Shown: positions 27,643 through 37,131 of the stretch, piece by piece | Numbering within the stretch: position 1 is the first letter of the stretch | How the letters are laid out: each line of letters starts with the position of its first letter | From: Vulcanimicrobiaceae bacterium | Lineage (GTDB): Bacteria > Vulcanimicrobiota > Vulcanimicrobiia > Vulcanimicrobiales > Vulcanimicrobiaceae | Assembly: GCA_046262595.1 (NCBI GenBank) | Contig: JBHEMM010000008.1 | Span: 6,231 to 43,427 of the forward strand | Direction: 5' to 3' | DNA length: 37,197 nucleotides | Notes under the pieces: model-generated | Database searches by the model: none | Seen by the model: the letters and a program-made list of their open reading frames with translations, nothing else | Told to the model about the DNA's origin: nothing | Made by a program: the position numbers and the translations under genes

Positions 27643-28603
27643 CGGCTGCGCCGCGCGTAGCGTTTTCCACGCGTTTAAAACCGCGCGCCCGCAGATCGTC
27701 GCGCAGTTGCGCATCTGCGGCGATCCGTACAATGGCGCGTTCCCAGGCGTCGGGCGTGAGCGCGACGAGTTCCGCCGCGCCTCCGGCCGTCTCGGGCAGT
27801 GCGGCGGCGTCGGCGGCAAGAACCGGCGCGCCGCACGCCATCGCTTCCAAGACCGGCAGGCCGAAGCCCTCGGCCAGTGAAGGCACGAGCAGCGCAAGCG
27901 CGCCGCTGTAAAGTTCTCGCAGCCGCTCGTCGTCCGGATGTTCGCGCCGCACATTGGCAAGCGAGGCAGCGAGCTGCTCGGCGTCTTTCGCGAGCGCACC
28001 GGCAATGACGAGTTGCGCCGCGTGACCGTTCGCGCTCGCGCATTCGAACGCTCGCAGAAGCATCGTTGCGTTCTTGCGTTCCTCCGCACCGCCTAAAAAG
28101 AGGAGGTACGGTGTGCGCCCGTCAGCGGCGACCGGTTTCCAATACGCGTCCGGCTCGTTCGGCACGACCGTCATGCGCGATCCATCGATCCCGAAAAGGC
28201 GCCGCAGTTCGCGCGCGGTCCAGTGCGAAACGGCAAAGACGCGATCGGCCCGCCGCACGGCCCGCGCGATTGGCCGCTGTTCGCGCCAACGCGCGACGGC
28301 ATTGCGATGGGGAAACGTAAAGGCGAACGGATCGTGCACCGTGACGGCGCAAACCGCATGCGGTTCAAAACGCACCGCGTTCCAAGGAAACCACACGGCC
28401 GCGAAACGCGCATTGCGCACATCCCCCGCAGTGATTGCCGGCAGGCCGAACTGCGCTTGCAGCGTCGCGCGATCGGCACGCGTTCTGCCGATCAGCACCG
28501 GCGAGGCTCCGCGCTCTTGCAAACCATGGAGCGCGCAGCGCACGACGCGGCCCATACCGCGCCGGTCGGCGATCAGATTATAGGCATCGATGCCAAGGTT
28601 CAC
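27605..28603 (-). CDS. Glycosyltransferase family 4
   Basis: GIDA..RGMGR, TVHD, EERKN, EGFGLPVLEAMACG. Confidence 0.93.
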   Translation of the reverse strand: MNLGIDAYNLIADRRGMGRVVRCALHGLQERGASPVLIGRTRADRATLQAQFGLPAITAGDVRNARFAAVWFPWNAVRFEPHAVCAVTVHDPFAFTFPHRNAVARWREQRPIARAVRRADRVFAVSHWTARELRRLFGIDGSRMTVVPNEPDAYWKPVAADGRTPYLLFLGGAEERKNATMLLRAFECASANGHAAQLVIAGALAKDAEQLAASLANVRREHPDDERLRELYSGALALLVPSLAEGFGLPVLEAMACGAPVLAADAAALPETAGGAAELVALTPDAWERAIVRIAADAQLRDDLRARGFKRVENATRGAAVTALLHLARGAR

Positions 28604-29373
28604 TTCACCAAGTTGGGGACTGCGTACAACCCGATCACGGAAACGGCGTTAAAAAGCGCGTGCGTGATCATCGACATGTAAGCGTTCTTGGAATACGCGT
28701 ATACACCGCAGAGGATCGCGCCGCCGAAAATGAGCGGAACGAGCGCGTACGGATCCATATGCGCTAAACCGAAACACACGCCGCTGACGGCCGCAGCGAT
28801 CCAGAAACTCCCGTGCTTGCGCACCGCGTTGAAAATGAACACGCGGAACGTCATCTCTTCGGCGATCGGGGCAACGATGATTGCCAGCGCGGCAAAAGCC
28901 GCTTTCACCACCGGATTCTTTTCGGCCAAAAACAGCTGAATCGCAGCCTGCTCGTGCTTGTTGTGCAGCAGAAAAGCAATGAGAGCGCCGGTGCCGTTCA
29001 CGATGAGGATCATCAAAACCGCGCCGCCGAGCGCGACGGCGATCTGCGTGCCGTTGGGGCGCGTGAATCCCAGGCCCGCGAGCGTTGTCTTTGCTAGAGC
29101 CGGCAGCGCAAGGACGAGATACACCACGACGCCCGCATCGATGACGGCTTGCAGGACGACTGTCAGCGCGATTGCGTGCTGTGCTATCGCCGTGCGATCC
29201 AGGTGCGCGGAAATCAGGACGATGACGATAGCGCCGAGCACCGCGGCCACGCAAAGCAGCACGATGCCGGCCAAGCCGAGCGCGACGAGCACACTGCGGC
29301 GCGCGGGGAAACTATCCGCCGCGTAAACGATCGGCGAGTCGTGCAAAATCGGTGAGCCCGAGCTGTTCTCCAC
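28600..29373 (-). CDS. CPBP-family (CAAX/Abi) intramembrane glutamic endopeptidase
   Basis: APIAEEMTFR, FGLAH, HALFN motifs; multiple TM. Confidence 0.92.
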   Translation of the reverse strand: MENSSGSPILHDSPIVYAADSFPARRSVLVALGLAGIVLLCVAAVLGAIVIVLISAHLDRTAIAQHAIALTVVLQAVIDAGVVVYLVLALPALAKTTLAGLGFTRPNGTQIAVALGGAVLMILIVNGTGALIAFLLHNKHEQAAIQLFLAEKNPVVKAAFAALAIIVAPIAEEMTFRVFIFNAVRKHGSFWIAAAVSGVCFGLAHMDPYALVPLIFGGAILCGVYAYSKNAYMSMITHALFNAVSVIGLYAVPNLVK

Positions 29374-30127
29374 GTATCTCCGTATTCAAGCCGATGGCGG
29401 CCAGCGCATCGGCCACTGCGCCGCGCTGCACGTCGAGTGCGAGGGAAAGGCTGTTCGCCAGCGTTTTGCGGCGGTACGCGAACGCTGCGCGGACAACCTG
29501 CAAAAAGTACGGCTCGTCGCCAACGCTCACCGCTTTTGCGGCGCGACGGCGTAACACGAGCACCGCCGACTCGATCTTGGGCCGCGGATAGAACGATCCG
29601 GGCCCCAGCGTGAACGCTCGCTCGATCGTCATCGCATATTGAAGCGCAACGCTTAAACTTCCGTACGCGCGCGTGCCGGGGACCGCGCTCATCCGCTGCG
29701 CGACCTCCTTCTGAACCATCACGACGAGCTCATGGGGCCCGTTTTGCATTTCGATCAAGCGCATGATCAGCGGCGTGGCGATGTTGTACGGAAGGTTTCC
29801 CGCAATGTTCCAGCGTTCGCCAGCCGCGAAGCCGGCGTAATCGAACGTGAGCGCATCGGCGTGGACCATCGCGGCACGCTGCAGTTCAGGCAGCGAACGC
29901 AGGATCCGGATCATGTCTTCGTCGATGTCGATCGCGGTGATCGCGGCATTCGTTTGCAGGAGCGCGACCGTTAGCGCGCCCGTCCCGGGACCGATCTCGA
30001 CGATCCGCGGCGCGTCGCCCGCCAGAGCGGCAATGCGCGCGGCGGCTGCCGGATCGATCAAAAAGTTTTGGCCGAGGCGTTTCTTCGGGCGGTAGCCAAA
30101 ACGATCGAGAAGAGCCCGCGGATGCAT
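29312..30127 (-). CDS. rsmA: 16S rRNA m6,2A dimethyltransferase
   Basis: KKRLGQNFL, EIGPGTG, NLPYNI, MVQKEVA, YGSLSV, RRKTL. Confidence 0.97.
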   Translation of the reverse strand: MHPRALLDRFGYRPKKRLGQNFLIDPAAAARIAALAGDAPRIVEIGPGTGALTVALLQTNAAITAIDIDEDMIRILRSLPELQRAAMVHADALTFDYAGFAAGERWNIAGNLPYNIATPLIMRLIEMQNGPHELVVMVQKEVAQRMSAVPGTRAYGSLSVALQYAMTIERAFTLGPGSFYPRPKIESAVLVLRRRAAKAVSVGDEPYFLQVVRAAFAYRRKTLANSLSLALDVQRGAVADALAAIGLNTEIRGEQLGLTDFARLADRLRGG

Positions 30128-30142
30128 CCGGGGCCCTTCTTG

Positions 30143-31183
30143 TTACTTGAGCGTGTAAACCTTTACCGCACGCCTGCCGAAACCGAGCGCGTCGGCGAGC
30201 GAATCGAATCCCAGATCGATGCGGTTGCCGGATATTGCGCCGCCGGTGTCACCGGCGATCGCAAAACCGTAGCCGGGAATATACAATCGCGTACCGAGCG
30301 GAATAATACGCGGATCGACCGCGACGATGCCGTGCCCCGCGTGATAGCCGCCGGCCGTAAAACCGGTGCATCCGAAACACTCGGCGGTGTAGGCCGTCGC
30401 GACCATGTCGATCGCCTGCGAGGCGATATACGATGTTTTTTGCAGACCGCGCCGCGCGAAGTCGGCAATGGCAGCGCCCGTTCCCACACCTTCGGCGATG
30501 ATGCGTGTCTGCGGTTTACGCACCACGCGGCGCGTCAGGATGCGTTTGTGCAGCGTGCCGTCGGTTTGCGTGTAGTCCACCATGGTAAGCGAAACGCCGG
30601 CCGAGCCGGCTTCGAGAACGCGCGTTTGTCCCGGCGGAAGCGAGAAATCGATCTCGCGCACGGTGCGCTCAGAGACGCGCTGCTTCTGCGATGACACCCA
30701 TTGCACGACGCGCATGATGCGCACGGTCGAGTGTGCTACGAGCGGGTCGGAAAGCGACGGACGGACGACGTCGTGCGCGCCGAGCTGGATGCCCTGCTCT
30801 TCCAAAAGCGAGCCGACGTCGGTCGCGGTAGTGGTGATCACGTGCGCGCCCTTTGCCGTCACGAGTTTGACGGGAATCGCCGGCGCGTAATCGATGACGA
30901 GATTATCCACCAGCGGCGTGTCCGTCGATGGGTGGATGTAGTCGCGGTCGCCGGGGGCGATGCCGCGCTCTTTGAGGAACGCGCCGACCGTCGGCGCAGT
31001 GGTCACGTGCTCGGTCTGCTCGCCGCCCGATTGGAACATCACCGCATGGGTGACGCCGTGGACGTCGAGAGCGGCTGCGACGGCCGAGAGCGGGTGCGTG
31101 ACGAAGCCCGCGGTTAAGACGGTAACGGTAAGCGTACCGGCAGCGAAGAGATGACGAAAGCGGCTTATACAGCGTCCTATCAA
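30143..31183 (-). CDS. DUF348-G5-3D domain cell-wall protein (YabE/Sps-like)
   Basis: N-terminal TM, two TTAxTVG..L repeats, G5 region, 3D domain ATAY..TA.G..VAVDPRIIPLGT..AGDTGGAI.GNRIDL; upstream of rsmA as with yabE/rpfB. Confidence 0.92.
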   Translation of the reverse strand: MIGRCISRFRHLFAAGTLTVTVLTAGFVTHPLSAVAAALDVHGVTHAVMFQSGGEQTEHVTTAPTVGAFLKERGIAPGDRDYIHPSTDTPLVDNLVIDYAPAIPVKLVTAKGAHVITTTATDVGSLLEEQGIQLGAHDVVRPSLSDPLVAHSTVRIMRVVQWVSSQKQRVSERTVREIDFSLPPGQTRVLEAGSAGVSLTMVDYTQTDGTLHKRILTRRVVRKPQTRIIAEGVGTGAAIADFARRGLQKTSYIASQAIDMVATAYTAECFGCTGFTAGGYHAGHGIVAVDPRIIPLGTRLYIPGYGFAIAGDTGGAISGNRIDLGFDSLADALGFGRRAVKVYTLK

Positions 31184-31350
31184 CCCAAATTCCTTTCCTT
31201 GGAAAGACCGTGGTGCGCTCTCGACGGTTGTTTAGGGACCGGTTTTTTGAGCAGCGCACCAGACCTAAGAGGCGGTGATTGGTTGACGGATCCGGATTCG
31301 GAAACGTCGGAACGGGCAACACGGTCGCCCGGTCAAGAACTGACCCGCGC

Positions 31351-31359
31351 ACTATAGCA
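31351..31359 (-). promoter_or_regulatory. Extended -10 promoter for the G5/3D-rsmA operon
   Basis: TGCTATAGT (TGn-TATAGT) about 165 nt upstream of start. Confidence 0.6.
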
Positions 31360-31476
31360 TGGCTTTACAAAGCGGGGCATACGGCAAAAGTCGTTGCTAT
31401 AAAAGGTCGTCCCTTTAAGGCAAGCGAGCCGCCCGGAAAAACATGGAAGTGGGCGGCGCGGCTTTAACAGCACGGC

Positions 31477-32622
31477 ATGCGCGCAGGGTTTTTCACCGAA
31501 GTTTACCGGCCGGTCGTGAACGGCGTCGTCGCTTCGATCGATGCGCTGGCGGCCGGATTGCGCGAGCTCGGTCATGAGGTTTCCGTCTTCGCGCCGGGCG
31601 CGCCGGGATCGGACCGGGACGAGCCGCCGGTGTTTCGCATTCCCTCGCTGCCGCTTCCGATCGCATCGCCCTACCGCTTGACGGTACCGCACGTGCGGCG
31701 CGGCCCGCGCCATGCCGTTATCGATCACCTGCAGATCGTTCACGCGCATTCCCCGTTTGTCACGGGCTGGATGGCCGCGCGCATCGCGCGGCGGTTGCGC
31801 GTCCCGCTGATCTACACGTATCACACGCGGCTTGAGGAATACGCGCACTACGTGCCTTTCGAAGCCAATGCGACCAAACGCGCTGCGGAAGCGCTGACGC
31901 GTACGTACGCAAACACCGCCGATGCCGTCGTCGTGCCCACGCACGCGATGCAGGAGCGCCTGCTGGAGCTGGGCGTGGAGGTGCCGATTGAGATCGTGCC
32001 CAGCGGAATCGACCTCGAACTCTTCGGCGGCGGCCGGCGCAGCGATGCATTGCGCACGCGCCTGGGCGTCAAACCCGGACAGCGCCTGCTCTTCACCGTC
32101 TCGCGTCTTGCACGCGAGAAGAACATCGATCTGCTTCTTCACGCGCTGGCGCGTACCCGCGTGCCGGCTTTGCTCGCGATTGCCGGCGAGGGCCCGTACG
32201 AACCGGATCTGCGCGCGCTGGTGCAGAGCCTCGGCCTGCAGGATCGCGTCGTTTTCATCGGTCCGGTTCAGCGCGAAGAACTGCCGCATTATTATGCCAG
32301 CGCGGATGCGTTCGTGTTCGCAAGCGTGACCGAGACGCAAGGCATGGTGCTGGCCGAAGCGCTCGCTGCCGGGGCGAGCGTGATTGCCGCCGACGTGCCG
32401 CAAGTGCGCGACGTGCTTGGCGGTGCTGGTGCCGTGGCCGCGCCCGACGCCTCGGCGTTCGCGCTGGCGTTCGAAGCCATTCCTCGAGGCCGGTCGGCAG
32501 GCGGCGCGGCGCTTGCGCAGAGCGGCGCGAGGCGCTTCGGCCACCTCGAGCAGGCGCGGAAGGTTGAGGCGCTTTACGACCAGTTGACTCGAACATATGT
32601 TCGGTATACAATAAAGCCATGA
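31477..32622 (+). CDS. Glycosyltransferase family 4 (diacylglycerol glucosyltransferase-like)
   Basis: FTEVYRPVVNGV, HAHSPF, TYHT, SRLAREKN, ETQGMVLAEA. Confidence 0.92.
   Translation: MRAGFFTEVYRPVVNGVVASIDALAAGLRELGHEVSVFAPGAPGSDRDEPPVFRIPSLPLPIASPYRLTVPHVRRGPRHAVIDHLQIVHAHSPFVTGWMAARIARRLRVPLIYTYHTRLEEYAHYVPFEANATKRAAEALTRTYANTADAVVVPTHAMQERLLELGVEVPIEIVPSGIDLELFGGGRRSDALRTRLGVKPGQRLLFTVSRLAREKNIDLLLHALARTRVPALLAIAGEGPYEPDLRALVQSLGLQDRVVFIGPVQREELPHYYASADAFVFASVTETQGMVLAEALAAGASVIAADVPQVRDVLGGAGAVAAPDASAFALAFEAIPRGRSAGGAALAQSGARRFGHLEQARKVEALYDQLTRTYVRYTIKP
32584..32612 (+). promoter_or_regulatory. sigma70 promoter containing a LexA (Cheo-type SOS) box
   Basis: TTGACT-N17-TACAAT with perfect palindrome CGAACATATGTTCG (32590-32603) in the spacer; ATG 6 nt after -10. 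Confidence 0.85.
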
Positions 32623-33026
32623 AAGGCTTCATTGCGGCAGCCCTAGGGTTTGCAGCCGGCGAACGGGGCGAAGGCATCGCGTACGTGCGGTTCCCCGGCG
32701 TCGAATGCGCGCGGGTCCTGCGGGTGCCGTTTACCGTAAAACGCTTCGCCGGTCTTCAAGACCGCGAAGTGGGCTACGCAGCCGTGCGCGCGGTGGCTGA
32801 AGTTCTGCGAAAGCGCGGCGCCGCGGCGGCTGCTTTCCACATCGAGGATCCGGCGCTGGCCGGCGATCTGCGCGAACACCGCGACGTGCCTGCGGCACTG
32901 ACGCTGGCCTACGTTCGTCTGCGATGTGCGCTCAATCGATTCGACCGGTACGAGGTCCACGCCGCAGCGGAAAGCGATCTTACCGCGCGTGCGCGTTCCG
33001 AGGCAGCGCTGCACGTCGCGGCTTAG
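32619..33026 (+). CDS. Hypothetical protein, degenerate RNase H-like fold
   Basis: REVGYAAVRAVAEVLRKRG...FHIEDPAL resembles the RNase HI NxAEYxAL...DSxLV pattern without the acidic catalytic residues; leaderless start. Confidence 0.65.
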   Translation: MKGFIAAALGFAAGERGEGIAYVRFPGVECARVLRVPFTVKRFAGLQDREVGYAAVRAVAEVLRKRGAAAAAFHIEDPALAGDLREHRDVPAALTLAYVRLRCALNRFDRYEVHAAAESDLTARARSEAALHVAA

Positions 33027-33628
33027 TGCCGCTCTACCGCCGCCTCGAACGCCGCGAGCTGCCGCAGGAAACGGTCGCACTGGCTCGGGCTCTGATCGGG
33101 TGCCTGCTCGTGCGCGACAGTGCGGAGGGCCGCGCCGCCGGCCGGATCGTGGAGACGGAAGCGTACGTTCCGGGCGATCGCGCATCGCACGCTTACGCGG
33201 GCGCCGGCAAACGCAACGCATCCATGTTTCTGCGTCCGTTCCATGCGTACGTCTATAAGATTTACGGAACGTCGCTGTGCGTGAACGTGACGAGCGAAAA
33301 CGTCGGCGAGGGGGCAGCCGTTCTGTTACGCGCGCTCGAACCGCTCGAAGGAATCGAGCTCATGCAGGCGCGCCGCGCGACGGCGCGGCTGCGAGACTTG
33401 ACGCGCGGCCCCGGGCGGTTGTGCCAGGCGCTTGCGATAGGCTTAGAAGAAGATGGCCTCGATCTGCTGGCCGCGTCTGCGCTCTGGCTTGCCGCACCGC
33501 CGCAGGCGCGGCGCCGCCGTTTGGGCCGGAGCGCGCGCATCGGCATCACGAAAGCGGCCGCGCGCCGCCTGCGTTTCTACGAGCGCGGCAATCCCTATAT
33601 CTCCGGCCCGCGAGCGCTCTCGCCATGA
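33026..33628 (+). CDS. mpg: DNA-3-methyladenine glycosylase (MPG/AAG family)
   Basis: GRIVETEAY, D.ASHAY, YVYKIYG, AVLLRALEP, GPGRLCQAL, RIGI. Confidence 0.95.
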   Translation: MPLYRRLERRELPQETVALARALIGCLLVRDSAEGRAAGRIVETEAYVPGDRASHAYAGAGKRNASMFLRPFHAYVYKIYGTSLCVNVTSENVGEGAAVLLRALEPLEGIELMQARRATARLRDLTRGPGRLCQALAIGLEEDGLDLLAASALWLAAPPQARRRRLGRSARIGITKAAARRLRFYERGNPYISGPRALSP

Positions 33629-33677
33629 GCCGCCGGCGCGCATTGGGCGCCATACCTTGTCGCAGGGCCGATGCCTA

Positions 33678-33686
33678 TGCTATAGT
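33678..33686 (+). promoter_or_regulatory. Extended -10 promoter upstream of rho
   Basis: TGCTATAGT, identical to the element upstream of the G5/3D gene. Confidence 0.55.
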
Positions 33687-33940
33687 TTGCTCGTCGTGGA
33701 GTCGTCGCCCTGAGCAAGTCGAAGGGTCGTAAGAACCTCCGCGGCGCAGTAATTCCCCCACCGCTCACGTTTAAAGTCGAAATCGCGGCAGCCTCGCCGG
33801 CCTTTTCATACATGTGACGTGCGCGACTCTACGAGAGAGATACTCCACTGCAATTCGATAATCGTCCCAACGATGGGCGGCAACCACAAGGCGCAAACCG
33901 CCGCCGCCGTTCACGCCGCCACCGCAGCTTTAATGGGAAC

Positions 33941-35293
33941 ATGCCGCCGCACCACGCGGCCGAGCAGTTTCCGCAAGCGGAAGCCGCCGGGCCTCCGATG
34001 CTCACCGCCGAGCAACTCGGCGAGAAAACCAAAGCCGAGCTCAATACGCTGGCCAAAGACTTCGACATCGAGTCGCCGCTCAAGCTGAAAAAAGATCAGT
34101 TGATTCCCGCGATTCTTGAAATTCAGGCGCAGCGTTCCGGCCTCGAAATCGCCAACGGCGTACTCGACATGCTGCCCGAAGGCTACGGCTTTTTACGGCG
34201 CGACGGCTACATTCTCGGACCGGAAGACATCTACGTCAGCCAATCGCAGATCCGCCGCTTCGAACTGCGCCGCGGCGATTTGGTCGAAGGTCAAGTGCGT
34301 CGCCCTAAAGAGGGCGAGAAGTACTTTGGTCTGATCCGTGTCGACAAGATCGACGGCCTCACGCCCGAGGAAATCCGCGGCCGCCGCCTTTATGAAAAGG
34401 GCACGCCGATTTACCCGAACGAGCGCTTCCGTCTGGAAGTGCGCGCGACTCAACTCTCGACGCGCGTCATCGATCTGTTCTGCCCGATCGGCAAAGGGCA
34501 GCGCGCGTTAATCGTCTCGCCGCCGAAAGCCGGCAAGACGACCCTGCTCAAGAACATCGCGAACGCCATTTCGATCAACCATCCAGACGCGCACATCATG
34601 GCACTGCTCGTGGACGAACGCCCCGAAGAAGTGACCGACATGCAGCGCACTATCGACGGTGAAGTGATCGCCTCGACGTTTGACGAGCATCCCGAGAATC
34701 ACACCGCCGTTGCCGAGCTTGCGATGGAGCGCGCCAAGCGCCTTGTCGAACTGGGCAAAGACGTCGTCATTCTGCTCGACTCAATCACGCGTCTGGCGCG
34801 GGCTTACAACCAAGTGATTCCGACGTCGGGCCGCACGCTGTCGGGCGGTTTAGATACGGCCTCGCTGCATAAGCCGAAACGCTTTTTCGGTGCGGCGCGC
34901 AAAATCGAAGAAGGCGGATCGCTGACCATCATCGCCACGGCGCTGGTCGAAACGGGATCCAAGATGGACGACGTCATCTTTGAAGAGTTCAAAGGCACGG
35001 GCAACATGGAACTCAACCTCACCCGTAAACTTGCCGAGTCACGCGTCTTTCCGGCCGTCGACATCAAACGTTCCGGTACGCGGCACGAAGAGTTGCTGCT
35101 TAGCGAGATCGAAATGCGCAAAATCTGGATGCTGCGGCGCGCAACGAGCGTGCTGAACTCCGGCGACATCACCGAGCTCATCCTCGATAAAATGGCGCAG
35201 ACGCGCACGAACGAAGAGTTCTTGCAAAGCGTCACCAAAGAAGCGCTCTCGCTTTCGCGCGGCTACAACGAAGAAGGCAACGGAAAGTACTAG
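33941..35293 (+). CDS. rho: Transcription termination factor Rho (may start at CTG 33848)
   Basis: GYGFLR, DIYVSQSQIRRF, PIGKGQR, PPKAGKT, DERPEEVTD, DSITRLARAYN, FKGTGNME. Confidence 0.98.
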   Translation: MPPHHAAEQFPQAEAAGPPMLTAEQLGEKTKAELNTLAKDFDIESPLKLKKDQLIPAILEIQAQRSGLEIANGVLDMLPEGYGFLRRDGYILGPEDIYVSQSQIRRFELRRGDLVEGQVRRPKEGEKYFGLIRVDKIDGLTPEEIRGRRLYEKGTPIYPNERFRLEVRATQLSTRVIDLFCPIGKGQRALIVSPPKAGKTTLLKNIANAISINHPDAHIMALLVDERPEEVTDMQRTIDGEVIASTFDEHPENHTAVAELAMERAKRLVELGKDVVILLDSITRLARAYNQVIPTSGRTLSGGLDTASLHKPKRFFGAARKIEEGGSLTIIATALVETGSKMDDVIFEEFKGTGNMELNLTRKLAESRVFPAVDIKRSGTRHEELLLSEIEMRKIWMLRRATSVLNSGDITELILDKMAQTRTNEEFLQSVTKEALSLSRGYNEEGNGKY

Positions 35294-35381
35294 CGACGTC
35301 GGCAACCGCCAAGCTGAAGTGTCCAACGCTCCCGGTTTTATCGTCATAGGCTAATCGTAGCCAGCGGAGTAATAGATCGGC

Positions 35382-36104
35382 GTGGCCGAACAGATGCGTC
35401 TGCAAAAACTTCTCGCGCACGCCGGTGTCGCTTCCCGGCGCGCGAGCGAAGAGTTGATCGCGCGCGGGAAGGTGCGCGTGAACGGTAAGGTCGTGCGCGA
35501 ACTGGGGACGGTCGTTTCGACCGACGATCGCGTGGACGTAAGCGGCACGCCCGTACGCCTTGAAACACAGCAGGCATACTTGATGCTGCACAAGCCGGCG
35601 AATGTCGTTACGACGATGAAGGATCCCGAAGGCCGCCGCACGGTTGCGGACTTTATCCCGAAAGGTTCGCCGCGCGTCGTGCCCGTCGGACGGCTGGACT
35701 ACGATACGTCGGGGATTCTGCTGCTCACGAACGACGGCGAACTCGCGAACGTCCTCACGCATCCCAAATTCGGCGTCGAGAAAACATATCGCGCGTTCGT
35801 GCAGGGGCGTCTGCTGCCGGACGAGATCAAACGCTTGCAGAGCGGCGTGCTGCTCGATGAGTTTCAAGCATCGGGCGCCCACGTTCGCGTGATCGCGTCG
35901 CGACGCGACAGTTCGGTGCTCGACCTCACGATCCACGAAGGCAAGAACCGCCAAGTACGCCGCATGTTCGAGGCGCTCGGTCACCCCGTGCTCGGGCTTG
36001 CGCGCTTGCGCTTCGGCCCGCTGAAGCTGGGCGATTTGCCGCCGGGGCAAAGCCGTACGCTGACGGATCGCGAACTCGGCCAGTTGCGCCGTCTGATACG
36101 ATAG
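35382..36104 (+). CDS. rluB: Ribosomal large subunit pseudouridine synthase (RluB/RsuA family)
   Basis: S4 domain [34 protein letters not shown]. Confidence 0.9.
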   Translation: MAEQMRLQKLLAHAGVASRRASEELIARGKVRVNGKVVRELGTVVSTDDRVDVSGTPVRLETQQAYLMLHKPANVVTTMKDPEGRRTVADFIPKGSPRVVPVGRLDYDTSGILLLTNDGELANVLTHPKFGVEKTYRAFVQGRLLPDEIKRLQSGVLLDEFQASGAHVRVIASRRDSSVLDLTIHEGKNRQVRRMFEALGHPVLGLARLRFGPLKLGDLPPGQSRTLTDRELGQLRRLIR

Positions 36105-36109
36105 GGCTC

Positions 36110-36973
36110 GTGGACCGGCTCACCGCGCTTCCTCACGCTTACAAACTTGCCCGACGCGACGCTCGCGCGGGCCGTACCGTCGTCCGCTTAGCCAACGGCG
36201 CGGCGTTCGGAGCGGAAGAAGTGGCAATCTGCGCCGGCCCCTGCAGCGTCGAGTCGCGCGAACAGATTGAAGCGGCCGCCAAAGCGGTCGCTGCGCAGGG
36301 CGCCAACGTGCTGCGCGGCGGCGCATTCAAGCCGCGCACCTCGCCGTACGCTTTTCAGGGCATGGGGGCGGAAGCGCTGAAGCTGCTGCGCGATGCCGCG
36401 GACCGCAACGGATTGGCGGTCGTCACCGAAGTGCTCGATCCGCGCGAGGTTGAAACGGTGGCGCGCCATGCCGATATGCTGCAGATCGGCGCGCGCAACA
36501 TGCAGAACTTCAGCCTGCTGCGTGAGGCCGGCGAGGCCGGTAAGCCCGTACTCCTCAAGCGCGGACTCTGCGCAACCATCGAAGAACTGCTCATGGCCGC
36601 CGAGTATCTTTTGGTCGCGGGAAACACGCAAGTCGTTTTATGCGAGCGCGGCATCCGCTCGTTCGACAGCGCGACCCGCAATCTGCTCGATATTGCAGCC
36701 GTGCCGCTGCTGCAGGGGCTCACGCACCTCCCGGTGATCGTCGACCCCTCGCACGGCACGGGCGTCGCGCGCCTGGTCGGGCCGATGGCGCTGGCTGCGG
36801 TCGCTGCCGGCGCCGACGGGCTGCTTGTTGAAGTGCATCCCGATCCGGCCGCGGCCGTTTCCGACGGCGCGCAATCGCTCACGTTCGAGCAGTTTGCGGC
36901 GTTGATCGCACAATTGCAAGCCGTGGCGCATGCGCTCGGACGCCGCCTTCCTGAAGCGAGTTTGGCTGCTTGA
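36110..36973 (+). CDS. aroF: DAHP synthase (class I-beta)
   Basis: [53 protein letters not shown]. Confidence 0.95.
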   Translation: MDRLTALPHAYKLARRDARAGRTVVRLANGAAFGAEEVAICAGPCSVESREQIEAAAKAVAAQGANVLRGGAFKPRTSPYAFQGMGAEALKLLRDAADRNGLAVVTEVLDPREVETVARHADMLQIGARNMQNFSLLREAGEAGKPVLLKRGLCATIEELLMAAEYLLVAGNTQVVLCERGIRSFDSATRNLLDIAAVPLLQGLTHLPVIVDPSHGTGVARLVGPMALAAVAAGADGLLVEVHPDPAAAVSDGAQSLTFEQFAALIAQLQAVAHALGRRLPEASLAA

Positions 36974-37131
36974 GCCGCAAAGCAGGGGACGCAAACCGGG
37001 CGCCGTACAGTGCTCGGCGTCCTGGAGGGCTGTCCGGGTAACGGGTGCCGTTTGAGTTGCGTTGATCGGCGGTAGAAAGGTACGCGCCTTCCTCCGTCTT
37101 TCATTAGAGTCTACGAGATAGGAAACAACGC

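Noticed and set aside
28600..29373. CAAX/Abi protease as an anti-phage defence gene
   Set aside because: Sits in a housekeeping rsmA operon; the family is mostly non-defence
31184..31350. c-di-AMP (ydaO) riboswitch call
   Set aside because: Hallmark conserved segments not recognisable; kept only as unknown structured leader
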